Below are positions 1 to 12,900 of a stretch of 64,000 bases of DNA, piece after piece (within the stretch, counting starts at the first letter, position 1; each line of letters begins with the position of its first letter). The notes beneath the pieces are model-generated. The model did no database searches. It saw only the letters and a program-made list of their open reading frames with translations, and was not told the DNA's origin. Origin of the DNA: Haliotis cracherodii (lineage: Eukaryota). Made by a program: the position numbers and the translations under genes. Location of the stretch: positions 70,866,001 through 70,930,000 of the forward strand of contig NW_027266286.1 in NCBI RefSeq assembly GCF_022045235.1. Reading direction: 5' to 3'.

Positions 1-229
1 GCCACCGTGGAGCTAGAATCAATCCGAAAGCTTGCATCATGTGTCTAAGATGCCAGTAAAATAGAAACCACTATCATATTTATAGTTACGTTTGCCAACT
101 TGTCCTATTCTTGGGACATATATGTTGCTTAGCCCCTTGTTCCTCTCTCAAGGTTCGACCCTCCGCCTTGACAGATTGACGTTTCCTGCACCCTCGAGTT
201 TCCCTCCTTTGACTCTGTTGAGGGGCCTG

Positions 230-1370
230 GGCCCCAGAGTCAGGGGCATCATATGCATCTCAGTCATTGTGTGTGTCCACGACTATTGGGCACACATTGC
301 CTAAAGCTCTGGCACATCTGATTGTAGATGGGTCCGTTCCTGAGCAGATACCAATTTTCGTTGCAGACAAGGCGTCGTGCAGGCCTCCGAGCCTGAGCAG
401 TGATAATTACTTGCTGCAGGTGTAGGTACAGAATGTTGTTCTCTATTGGACCTGGCTGACTCATACTTGTGTTCAACCCTTGATATACTAGAGGCAATGT
501 CCCTGAAATACATCTCAAGACCATGGGGTTGACCTTTATCAGCTGGTGATGCAGCCTATGCTGGATTAACATAACGCACGGATTTTTTCAGTTTCTTATT
601 TCTCCCTTGAGTCATGTTTAATAGCCTCATCGCGTACAATGACATCAACAGCTTCAGAGACAGAGCGACATTCACGATCCGTGCATCTACATTTCATCTT
701 GAGAGGTATTGCCTTGAAGAGTTGGTTTAGAGCTAGGGCTACCTGAGCTCTTGCATTAAGGTTAGAATATCCTCGCTATACCATTTGGCTCAGATCATTG
801 CCCAAAGTAGCAATTGATTCATAAGGTCTTCTTTGTCTCATTTGTAACCGAGAGAGTCAACAAATTCGCTGCCGTGAACAACCAAATCTATCACCAATCT
901 TCCTAACTAGGTAATATAGTTCCCCACCTCATCTGGAAACAGACCTGTAGAGAAGGTACGTGCCGAATCCCCAAAACTACCTGCAAGGGACAAAATCGTT
1001 TATTGGTCTTCCCACCTGCCAAGTTTAGATCTTCAATGTGTGCTTTAGTAATGGGTCTTAGCCATGGTTGATTGGGTAGAGGGAGAAGTAAGTAATAATC
1101 TAGCCTCAACATTGGGTAACTCGGATGAGTCTGGCATCAGCCTCTCTACTGAAGGAACAATTATTTGATCATGGCTATGAACATAATTGCACCAGGTTTT
1201 TTTTAACTGTTCCTAGAATCTCTCCTTGAAGATGACTTGGGACACATAAGAAGCACCGGAGCGACTCTGTTGTACCGCAGGATGTTGCTTTCCCTGCCTC
1301 CCAGGTATCCTATCATCAGATCTAGGACTTGAGTCACGACTGACCCTAGAGACTTGTTAATTAAGCGATT
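230..1370 (-). mobile_element. Possible decayed DIRS/LTR-type retroelement fragment
   Basis: Higher GC, broken ORFs and faint similarity to a VGGRL-like RT N-terminus near 1020; motifs not intact. Confidence 0.3.
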
Positions 1371-1384
1371 CCCCTACAACATCT

Positions 1385-1552
1385 GGGGCGGTCGGGTAGC
1401 AGAGCGGTTAACGCGTTCGCTCGTCACGTCGAAGACCCGGGTTCGAATCCCGACATGGGTACCATGTGTGAAGCCGATTTCTGGTGTCCCCGGCCGTGAT
1501 ATTGGTGGAATATTGCTTAAAGCGGCGTAAAACCATACCCACTCACTCACTC
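1385..1552 (+). mobile_element. tRNA-derived SINE family 1 (~170 bp, (ACTC)n tail)
   Basis: A box and B box (GGTTCGAATCC), tRNA-Asp-like GTC loop, ACTC tail, imperfect TSD CCCCTA(C/T)A.CATCT; many copies in the window. Confidence 0.9.
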
Positions 1553-1744
1553 CCCTATACATCTATAGTTTCGCATATGACTAACAAAAGGATTCGGGCC
1601 ACTGGATAGTAATAAAGAAAATTAGTATCCCTCTTCTGACACCAAAATGTAACATCTTTCGGGCGTTAGTGTAAACACACATAACATAAGGAAAAGAGGA
1701 AGTTTTGGCGGTCACAGTAGAAATAATCAGGACAACGAGACAAT

Positions 1745-2510
1745 TACCATGATATGAATCAATGGTGTGGTGGTAACCCATGATGTTAACCCGTGATATT
1801 AATCACTGGTTTGCCTGGTAACCCATGATATGAATCAATGGTTTTGTGGTAACCCGTGATATCAATCAATGGTTTGCCTGGTAACCCATGATATGAATCA
1901 ATGGTTTGGTGGTAACCCATGATATGAATCAATGGTTTGGTGGTAACCCGTGATGTTGATCACTGGTTTGGTGGTAACACATGATATGAATCAATGGTTT
2001 GGATGGTAACCCGTGATATGAATCAATGGTTTGGTGGAAATCCCGTGATATGAATCACTGGTATGGCTGGTAACCCATGATACGAATCAATGGTTTGGTG
2101 GTAACACATGATATGAATCAATGGTTTGGATGGTAACCCGTGATATGAATCAATGGTTTGGTGGTAATCCCGTGATATGAATCACTGGTATGGCTGGTAA
2201 CCCATGATATGAATCACTGGTTTGGTGGTAACCCATGATATGAATCAATGGTTTGGTGGTAACCCATGATATGAATCAATGGTTTGGTGGTAACCCGTGA
2301 TATTAATCAATGGTATGGCTGGTAACCCATGATATGAATCAATGGTTTGGTGGTAACCCGTGATGTTGATCACTGGTATGGCTGGTAACCCATGATATGA
2401 ATCAATGGTTTGGTGGTAACCCATGATATGAATCAATGGTATGGCTGGTAACCCATGATATGAATCACTGGTTTGGTGGTAACCCATGATATGAATCACT
2501 GGTTTGTGCG
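1745..2510. repeat. Minisatellite, ~30-bp unit GGTAACCCATGATATGAATCAATGGTTTGGT
   Basis: About 25 tandem variant copies. Confidence 0.95.
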
Positions 2511-2926
2511 GCCCAGAATAGTTCATGTACGGACTGCCGCGATATATGCTGCATGGTAAAAGAAAGCATGCAGTTGAAAATCGGATTTGACCCCCAAATT
2601 ACAAACGTTACTTTCTGAAAACAGTCAACGAAACACTTCAAACTTAAGGTTCCTAAAACACAACTGTGGCACCTGTTTCAAATGCATCAATGAATTACGA
2701 CTTCTTGTGTGTTTCATTTATCGTCATCATCAAACATGGGTGTATACTTTTGCCCGGCAGTTTATACGTAGTATTAGGGAAACTTTCACTCTCTCACTGA
2801 TATTTCCTTCCACTGATTTACCCGCCTGAACTAGAAATACAAGAGACAGAATGAGACAGGGCAGATGTGTATGAAGATTCAGAGTGACAAAGAACTCTCA
2901 AAAACACAGTATAACAAGAAGGATGG

Positions 2927-3091
2927 GAGTGAGTGAATATTGTTTTACGCCGCTTTTAGCAATATTCCAGCAATATCACGGCGGGGGACACCAGAAATAG
3001 GCTTCACACAATGTACCCATGTCGGGAATCGAACCCGGGTCTTCGGCGTGACGAGCGAACGCTTTTTAACCACTAGGCTACCCGACCGCCC
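2927..3091 (-). mobile_element. SINE family 1
   Basis: Reverse copy; TSD ACAAGAAGGATG. Confidence 0.9.
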
Positions 3092-3439
3092 GACAAGAAG
3101 GATGACTTCACATACAAAGGCAAGTAAATTGTACACCTGGAAAATAACCAGAACACGGAAACACGTGGTACCAATCAAAAGAGCATCGGACATAATCTAA
3201 GGCATTAAACATCTTTTGTGCAAGAGTCGTGTGACACTTTTTGATATTTTTTAGAAGAGAAAAGAGCATGTTCGATTGTACGTCAAAAGTTGTGAGTAGG
3301 CACTAAAAGAAGGAAATGATCAAAATATGATTATATGATGATCACTTTAAGATAAAATTAGCTTCAGACACATGCATATATATATTTTTCTTATGAACAA
3401 TCCTTTTGTCCTGTGGTGGCATTACGGCTTGCCCTCATA

Positions 3440-4060
3440 TTGCCTACATCCCATATAGCCTACAATATTTATAATGGTCAGTTGTACCACCCTTATCATA
3501 TCAGTAAAGAGAATGCCCTTGTCACATCCCAACATCTACCAGTTCATAAAAGAAATCAAGAAGATTAAGACAGCAGATAAACGTTATAGACGGCAGACAG
3601 GTCTTGGTGGTGCTGTTAAACGACGTGCACGTATTGACAGAGACAGAGATGCCCGACTTGAGAGACTGAAGCTACACCTCGCAACTGGACGAAAAACTGT
3701 GATGCAGTTTCTAGATGCAGTTGGACACTTGGTGAAATTACAGTAATTGTTATGTGACTGATGAATTAGTGTATCACACATGTACTTGATTAACTTATGC
3801 GACTGATGATGATGATGATGATGATGATGTATGTCGAATATATGACCTTATTAAAGTATAAATCATCAGTGCAAGAGTTTATTTTCTTCAGTTGTTGAAA
3901 TATATGAAGTATACCTCATTAGTGGAAGAGTTCACTTTTCTAAAGGTATAACAGCATTTATGTGATGTGCAGTCAATACTAAATTTTTTTGATAAGGGGG
4001 TAGGCGAAATCGGGTGTAGGCGAAATCGGGTGTAGGCGATAAGAGGTCAGGCCGGAATTT
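3440..4060 (+). mobile_element. MULE-like transposon 3' end fragment
   Basis: ORF 3474-3746 contains HPNIYQFIKEIK, resembling MULE transposase C-termini; short subterminal tandem GTAGGCGAAATCGGGT at ~3999-4040. Confidence 0.5.
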
Positions 4061-4619
4061 CCTCAAGTTGAAAACTTTATTTTGAACTTTATTGTCTGTA
4101 TTAAACAAGACATATAAGCTTGAACCACCAAATGGACAAAATACCCTAATTCCTATCAATATTACGTCTTCACCTAGACATATGGAATAGAATGTGGATC
4201 AAATTTCCCCTTAACGCCACAGAATACTCAAACAAATTTAACAATGTTTCAGTCAAAGTTTTATTATATAAGGTCATTATACATTACATAAGATGAAATG
4301 TAACTGGGAATTGTAGAGCGCAAAACTATAAGTTAGTAACTCCTATGTATATATGACTATAACTATTGCTCCTAAATTAGCACTAAAACAAAAGTGCCAA
4401 TTGTACGAATTTTTTAACATTTAAAAAAAATCAGTTGCAGGTATGAAAATAATTCGGCACATGTAACTCCTGTGTGTATGCTTTCTACAGGCTTATGGCA
4501 CGGCATTGGCATCAAATAAAGAGGGCAATCTCAATCTGTGCCGCGGCATTAACTCATTCATAATTTAACATAATTTGTTAACAAAATCATATGTCCCAAT
4601 GCCATCAACGTCGTCTTTG

Positions 4620-4852
4620 AACACTTTTTCAGTTATATCACGACGTGATAACGTGGGTAGGGAGAAAAGCACAAAGTGATGCGGGTCTTAGATGTTTAAC
4701 ACTTCGGTGAAAGCCACGAGCACGGGTATGGTGCTGACATACTTCATCTGGGTGAATCTCGAATTCAAACCCGCGATGGTAGGATTCTGGCATGCCTCAG
4801 GGACGCAACAACGACTTGCGGTGCCCTAGACGACTGGACCATCAGTACCCCC
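4620..4852 (-). mobile_element. SINE family 2, diverged
   Basis: Aligns with 7274-7544. Confidence 0.75.
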
Positions 4853-5604
4853 TCAACTGTTTCATTGGAAGACCCCTATTCAAATCCTAGAATATTGTCA
4901 TACCGACCGACTTGGGAGAGCCTTTGTCTGAATGAACAAAAGCTAAATACGCTGTAGCCATGTCATGTGTATGTCTAGAATTGCCATTGTATTGTACATC
5001 GACTGGCTGACATCCTAAAAGAGCTGTGCAACTATGTCACCGATCAATTACTGTTGGTTATATTTATGACTTTATCCATGCCAGGTGACCTTGGCTGTAT
5101 AAGTCTTGGTCCAGAGATGAAAATGAGAAGGGAAAGGCTTTACCCTCAGCTCCTAGGTGCTCCGGGGCACCAACACCATCACTACTGTTACTATTTGCTA
5201 ACTTGGCACATAGTGCTTCTTGTTTCAATATAGAGAGCGAGATCACCACTAATTCAAAGCAAATATAAGGTCATAAGGGTTTAAAGGTATGTAGGTTTTA
5301 CAGGTGTTTGAAGCACAAAAATGAATAACACATGGACAAATCAATATCCCAAGAGCAGATACAACTGTTAATAAGTCAACATTCAGTGTACATCAGTAAA
5401 TTACGCCAAAGAATGATAACACATTTATATTGTTATCACATGATCACACATGATATCAAAGACATACCTATTCGTTTACAGTTTCAGAGTATCTTTATAT
5501 AGTCCCCAAATTGTAATATTTGGAAGCCATCCAAACGTTAAAGTTCAGTCACACCCCTACGTAGCTGAAAACAGTGTTTTATTGACCCATGTATACTACG
5601 AGGC

Positions 5605-6466
5605 ATGTGTGCGTGCGTATGTGTGTGTGTGTGTGTACATCTGTGTGTGTGTATGTGTATACATCTGTGTGTGTGTGTGTGTACATCTGTGCGTGTATGT
5701 GTTTACATCTGTTCGTGGATGTGTGTAGATCTGTGCGTGTATGTGTGTACATCTATGTGTGTAGGTGTGTACATCTGTGTGTGTACGTGTGTACATCTGT
5801 GCGTGTATGTGTGTACATTTGTGCGTGTGTGTAGATCTGTGTGTGTATGTATGTGTACATTTGAGTGTGTATGTATGTGTGTACATTGGTGCGTGTATGT
5901 GTGTAGATCTGTGTGTGTACGTGTGTACATCTCTGTGTATGTATTTACATATGTGCGTGTATGTTTGTAGAACTGTGTGTGTACGTGTGTACATCTGTGT
6001 GTGTGTGTATGTATTTACATCTGTGCGTGGATGTGTGTAGATCTGTGTGTATATGTATGTGTACATTTGTGTGTGTATGTGTGTACATCTGTGTGTGTGT
6101 GTATGTATGTGTACATCTGTGCGTGTATGTATGTGTACATCTGTGTCTGTATGTGTGCACATCTATGTGTGTAGATTTGTGTGTGTACGTGTGTACATCT
6201 GTGTGTGTATGTATGTGTACATCTGTGTGTGTATGTGTGTAGATTTGTGTGTGTATGTATGTGTACATCTGTGCGTGCATGTATGTGTACATCTGTGCGT
6301 GTATGTGTTTACATCTGTGCGTGTATGTATGTGTACATCTGTGTGCGTGTATGTCTGTAGGTTTGTGTGTGTATTTATGTGTACATCTGTGTGTGTATTT
6401 ATGTGTACATTTGTGTGTGTATGTATGTGTACATCTGTGCGTGCATGTATGTGTACATCTGTGTGT
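5605..6466. repeat. Compound TG-rich micro/minisatellite
   Basis: (TG)n runs punctuated by GTACATCT/GTAGATCT. Confidence 0.95.
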
Positions 6467-7273
6467 TGTTTCAACAATGATCATATACACTAACCGTTGG
6501 GATGGACACAGTGAAAACGGAGCTATGAAAGAAAGGTTGTGATTGGCACATTGTTCAATAAGATCAACACAGAAAAAGAATATAAATCGACAAGGCGTAA
6601 GTTTGTAACTTGAACGCTTACCCCGAAGCGGTCATAAAAGGTGAACGAACAGAACATCTTGGATTTCCTGATAGCTTGAATTAAAACAAGAAAACAACCC
6701 GGATATTTAATAATTAGAAGCTATAGCAGAGTTGAACAATCAATATAGGGTATAACATGTTATTCCGCACATCACATTGAATTGAAACAAGAGACGTTCT
6801 AGACAGTTTCCGTATATACCAATAATGTTTAGCACTTATAATATGATCCTCACAATCTAGCCACTTTCCAGTTTCCTATTTCACACGTAACTTTTGTGTA
6901 CTCATTTTGACTGAATGTAATCATCTGTGATATATTAAACATTTCCATGTTCACCACATTATATTACAGACAGACATAAAACATACATATTTACAAAGAT
7001 AAAACTGTTTCTAAAATAAGTTAAAATAAGCTGATAAAAAATGTATCTGGTAATGAAAGACAATATTTATCTTTAAATAAATAAGCGATATTTACTGCCT
7101 GTAAACATTATGGTTTTCAGAATAAGATCAAAGTAAAAATACATAATAAACAGAACATTTGGCTTTTCTTGTAAAAATATATTATCTCTCCTGGTGACCT
7201 GAAAATGTTGATATTTTCACTCTTGGATGCGACATTTATGAAAACATCAATTTCAAAATCACTCAGTGATATA

Positions 7274-7544
7274 GTGAGTGACTGAGTTGGGTTTAACGCC
7301 GCAGTTCCAGTTATAGCGCGGCGTGTCAGCTTAATATGTGAGTAAAGTCCGAAGTGATGCAGGTCTCAGACATTTACTACTTCGATGAAACCCACGAGCA
7401 CGGGTATGGTGCTGACAAACCTGGAAACATAATCGAGGCGAACCGGGATTCGAATCCACAATCATAGGTTTCTGGCGTGCCCAAGGGACGCAACTCTGCA
7501 CAGCGAATCGCAGCGCCTTAGACGACTGGACCTCCCGTGCCCCT
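7274..7544 (-). mobile_element. tRNA-derived SINE family 2 (~270 bp)
   Basis: Head GTCTAAGGCGC...GTTCGAATCCC (tRNA-Leu-like); 13-bp TSD ACTCAGTGATATA. Related copies at 4620-4852 (-), 16043-16210 (-), 27808-28067 (+). Confidence 0.85.
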
Positions 7545-8700
7545 ACTCAGTGATATAAACATGTTATTTTATTAGTATATACATAAAACAGGATTAGTAA
7601 TCTAGGAAACATTGAACTAAATAAGAGCACCAATTCAAATATATTTCATTCATAAAAGAACATGTAGCTAATTAAATACAACAGTCACAAAGCATTGCAG
7701 CTCATTATATTAAAAAAGTCATAGTAAATGGGTTAAGAAGTGTCCAAACAAGAAAACTGCATAGATATTTAATAATGATAGACTATACCAGGGTTGAAAT
7801 ATCAACATAGTGTATAACATTATGTTGCTCATACCACATATTTACTGATTAGCACATTAACTAATCATAAATCATAATTATATGTTCAAACATTCATTAT
7901 GGTGGACCTGGCGGCCATGTGTATTCTAAGATCTGAATTAGTTCGATACACTTTAGCTGTCTCCACCAATGTCAATTTTCAGCATCTTGAGACTTCTGGT
8001 CTTAGAGGACTTGAAGAAGAAATGTTAACATGTATGAAGGAGTCACGCACAAAGAACAAGGCAACACGACATTAACGTTTAACTCACTTGAACCTCCAGT
8101 CCAGGTGAGCTAAACAAATACAGCACAGGCTGTTTACAATTACAGTTATCAAGTCTAAGAAACCTCTATCGCTCAATACATTTTGTTATAAGTATATATT
8201 CTCACAGCCAAAAGAAACGCGAATACCATACATGTTGGTTAATGTATGAAGACTTACTCATATTCAAGAGATATTAGATTGGTTTGATGCACAAACGAAC
8301 GTACAGGTATGTTGTGTGAACCGATGCTCCTGAACGCATTACATGTGACGTCATAGATCCATGACTCGAGATGCACCATTTGTCTCGTGCAGGATTATCG
8401 TGTAATGTTTGGAAATCACGTGCAGCTTAAGAATATAGAAACATCTCTTCTCTGTATGTTTCGATGGATCGCGTTGCTTTTGTCGTTGAGTATATAACAT
8501 ACGACAACTGGAAAACAACATTATTCACAAGATCAACATGTAGCAATATACATCTTGTGATTTGTTAACATATTTATTCAACCAGTATGTATCTTTGCAC
8601 AAGCATATTAATTCAGTAATAAAAAGATAAGAGAGTACTAAAAGAACTATTCCCACAAAATGAGTCATGCTATATTACAGCAAAAGAACCCAACAACATT

Positions 8701-8855
8701 NNNNNNNNNNNNNNNNNNNNNNNNNNNNNNNNNNNNNNNNNNNNNNNNNNNNNNNNNNNNNNNNNNNNNNNNNNNNNNNNNNNNNNNNNNNNNNNNNNNN
8801 NNNNNNNNNNNNNNNNNNNNNNNNNNNNNNNNNNNNNNNNNNNNNNNNNNNNNNN
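8701..8855. other. Assembly gap (155 N)
   Basis: Run of N. Confidence 1.
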
Positions 8856-9159
8856 GAGAAATACAATTATGCTTCAAAATGAACAAAAAAGGAAATTGCC
8901 TGCCACGGAATTTAGACTGTTGCGAGAGCGAGTATGTGTGAGTGTATAAGAGTGAGTGAATGTGTGAGTGAGAGTGTGCGTGTGTGTATGCGTGTGTGAG
9001 TGAGTGCATGTGCGTGTGTGTGCGTGAGTGCGTGCGCGCGTGCGTTCGTGCGTGCGTGCGTGTGTGTGTGTGCGTGTGTTCCCGAATATTCTTGAGAAAT
9101 AAAATTATGCTTCAAAATGAACAAAAATGGAAATTGCCTGCCACGGAATTTAGACTGTT
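8856..9159. repeat. 65-bp direct repeat flanking a (GT/GAGT/GCGT)n microsatellite
   Basis: GAGAAAT..AATTATGCTTCAAAATGAACAAAAA..GGAAATTGCCTGCCACGGAATTTAGACTGTT at 8856 and ~9094; adjacent to a gap. Confidence 0.8.
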
Positions 9160-9530
9160 CCAATGAGTTTTTCTTTAAAACAAATCCACCAGGCTTCTGG
9201 TCTTGTGGCTGTGAAATATATAAACTATGCTACACTTTGGTTGTTACATCATGATACATCATTGAATTACATCAATTCAATATATTCAAAAAAAAAAGGA
9301 GATATACAATGTACAAACTATATACAGACTATACCTAGTCCAAATATTTATCCAAATACAAATACAAATACACCAAAGATTCATTATCACAATACCTGGA
9401 TTGTCTGGTCCAAACACGATTATTTACAGATTTACAGTCTGCCGTCTAGCTATAATATCGCCGGGTGAGGCGTTAAACAACAAACATAATTCCACGCAAT
9501 CATCCACTCAACACCTCACCATCCAAACTA

Positions 9531-9705
9531 CAGTAAACTACGGTTATAACGAACACAAAGGGACCCCTAATTTTATTTCATTATAACCGTAGTTCGTTAT
9601 AAGCATATATACAGCATAACTACACCAAATGTTAGGGACAAAAAAGTAAGTTTGTTATATCCGTCAGTTCGTTATAAGTGTGTTCGTTGTAACCGTATTT
9701 CACTG
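9531..9705. mobile_element. Tc1/mariner(pogo)-type MITE
   Basis: TIRs CAGTAAACTACGGTTATAACGAACAC / GTGTTCGTTGTAACCGTATTTCACTG flanked by TA. Confidence 0.8.
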
Positions 9706-9926
9706 TACAAACAAAAACATATCATCTATTCAAAAAGCAAAGCCAAACATCACTCAAAGTTGATAGTAAGGAATTTCTCAATGTCACTGTTAATAAATAA
9801 TATACATACACGACCGATTGTGTATCATACTCAGTAGATCATACCATCAACAGACGATTGAGTCATTAGTCATCATCATGTCTTTAGTATCTGTCAGGTA
9901 GGAGCTCATGGGCAACATGAAGCCGT

Positions 9927-12900
9927 CTATTGCATCCCAAGTAGATCGTCCCTTTCTCGATAAAGACACTGAAGTTGCTTCTGGAGGACTTTTTTGATTG
10001 CCTGTAAAATTAGTAATAAAATATATTACATCAAGATAATTACCCAGTTTTAAATGTTCCACAAATGAAGAGAACATTTCTATATGAAGAGCAAAAGAAA
10101 CGCAAGTCTGACACTTTTTTCAAGTTTTTGAGTGAGTGAGTGAGTATGGTTTTACGCCGCTTTTAGCAATATTCCAGCAATATCACGGCGGGGGACACCA
10201 GAAATGGGCTTCACACATTGTACCCATGTCGGGTATTGATCCCGGGTCTTCGGCTTGATGAGCGAACGCTTTAACCGCTAGGCTACCCGACCGCCCCATT
10301 TAATTCACAATAGCTCTAAAGTAAACGGTTTTAAAGGAAAGGCTTTTAAGTTAGTATGTAGACGTTAGTTCTTATATCATTGTGTCAATGTTAAAGAAAG
10401 GAGACTTTGATAAATGTGCTTTAGATTCGGCTGTAAAAGAGTGAGTAGCTACACATATTTACTAGATTCAAGTGTGATAATCACCCCTTTGTTTCTTCTT
10501 GCACCCTGCTTCGTCAACTTATCAAGTTTTGCCTCTTTCTCTGTTATACTCATCATGATGATTTCAAGGCTCTTTGGAACCAGTGGAGGAACACGTGTGG
10601 TTGGACCCCAATCTCTGCTTCCACTGGCTGAAGGCTGAGTATTTGGACATTCCTTGATTTCCTCATCAGTAACATCATATGCCTTTGGACCAGACCAGCC
10701 AAACCCCAAGACAAAGTATACATTCTTTTGCCATAACGACCGTTTTCGAATAGGTAGTGATGTGGGGATCGCTACAATGAACATATTCCCTCCTACCGAT
10801 TTCAATTGCATGTTGATTTCCAGTCCCTCATTTAGGAGAACACCTTTCATTCGCTTCAGTCTATGCAAAGCTGTTGCTGTGCGCCAGACTCCATCTCCTA
10901 TGTCTCCTTTTCCTTCATTTCTGCCATTTAGTTGCTCATAGTAAACTATACTCTCCATGTCTTGGCCTTTTCCAAGGAAGAAATAGGTTGCATCTTTTTT
11001 CCTGAAATGGCGGTTTCCATCTTTTTGTCTTGGGTGATTCTTGTAAAATGCTTCTTTCCATTGGCTGATTGCCTCCAAAAGTCTTGAAGATGAGCACAGG
11101 TTATACATGTGACGATCCTCCGTTGGCAAATGAAAAAGAACAAGATACAGAAAAGTCTCAAGGTGAGGCCGTGTTCCCTGTTGAATTTTACATTCATAAA
11201 GACTTTTGCTCCATTCTATCATCTGTTGGAAGCTTGCAAGTGTTTGTTCCTTATCTGCCACCCCATTGTATGCAATACATGTGTTCAAAATGGTCACAAA
11301 ATCAAAAGCATTAGCTTGAGGTGATTTCACATTTTCAACCATTAACTTGAAAGCGCTGCAAAGCTTCATTCCACCTGTTGCCATGATCCGGAGAGCACTG
11401 GGTAGTGATGCAACCCCTAGCCTACTGGCGCGCCTTCTGCGAAATGCCATGGCATCTTCATTATTCATGCTATGGGGAACTCTATCAGTTCCTTCTCCAA
11501 AGAAACCATCAATATTTTCTTTGAAGCTGATAAGGAGCTCATTGTTTAGGTGTGAATCCTTTGGCATAATGTCGGCAGATGTCACACTTTTAAGCTGGTG
11601 AAATTCCTCATCAAGTCTTCGAAGAGCTTTTGTTGCATCATCTTGCATCTGTTTCAAATGCTCAATATCTGCTTCACCAACAAACTGAAACGTGTCGGGA
11701 ACAAACTTTGCATTGACCAAGAATTTATGCATATCCTCCTTCCCTGTGTAACACTGAAACTTAGGGAAAGTACTCAGCAACAGTATGATGACCCTGATCT
11801 CTCCACAGTATCCTGCATTGTTGATAGCAGTAGTTTCATTTTCACTGAGCTGTTGCTCTTTTCTGAATGTCTCTATAGCTTTGAAGGCAATGCCAATTAT
11901 ACGTTTAGCATCATCCCCATTGATTTTGTTGGTATCTGTTTCTGAGTGTTGAACATATTCATCAAACAGCTGCTCCTTGTAAACCATTGCTAAAGTATCC
12001 CAGAGGTAGGAATTTCGGTACCACTTGTTTGTAGCAATCTTAGCAAAGCGTTCAGCTTCTGTCCAGTTTTTGCAATGGATGTAAAATCTAGCAATCTGTT
12101 GAGCAATGATTGCATCATCAGACATCTCAAATACCTTGATCATGAGGTTTACAGTTCCATCAATATCAACATCGTCAATGGCTGCCAAAACAAATGGTGA
12201 AAACCTTTCTTTTCTATCATCTTTTGAGCGACATCTTTTCTTGATGATGTTTCTGATAATGTACAGTAAACGTTCAGTATATGCAGAATCAACGAGAAAC
12301 ACATTAGAATCGAGTAGCTGGTTCATTATGTCAACAATAGTTTCTCCTAGCTTTTCCATAAGTTTCAAAAGAATTGCTTTAGCAAGGAGGCTATGTATGA
12401 TGCGCAATGTCTGTTCTTTTGTCCCTTGACCAGCTGATCGTGATGATTTATTTAGGAGCACCCTCAATGGTGAACTTAAGCATGTCTCCCAACCTTTTTT
12501 CCTTGAATAGGTGCGTTGATTTCCTGTACTGATGATCATGCCGCACCTCTGTGGTGTTTGCATGAGTGGATCAAAGCAGGCCACGGGAACCGGAATGAAG
12601 TCAACATCATATGCATTTATGAGAGCAAGGTATTTTAGGACCCTTTGCTCTTTTTCATCTTTGATGTTATTGACGAGTGTACCAACTGTTCTGTGAATAT
12701 ATTCACTGTTGAAGTTTTCCTTCAGGATGTTAAAGGATATCAAGAGTTTGGGATCGACTTTTTTGTCATCTTTGAACCTCTTTTCTAGATCAGCATTTTT
12801 CATTTCAAACCAGGCAAGCTCCTTTGTGGTCAGTTCATGCTTGAGTAGTACTTTCCGGCTGTCACACTGGATTGGCAAATCAGCTCTTCGCTGGCAAACA

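Noticed and set aside
1385-1460. tRNA genes at SINE heads (also 24101, 26814, 29243, 36750, 60530)
   Set aside because: A/B boxes are present but the acceptor stems are incomplete, and each continues into a repeated body and tail with TSDs: SINEs, not tRNAs.
5450-6542. Many overlapping Cys/Val/His/Thr-rich ORFs (also near 8912-9166, 39766-39960, 51610-52082)
   Set aside because: Translations of TG-rich microsatellites that lack stop codons.
8660-9009. ORFs containing X runs (also 18676-18956)
   Set aside because: They span assembly gaps.
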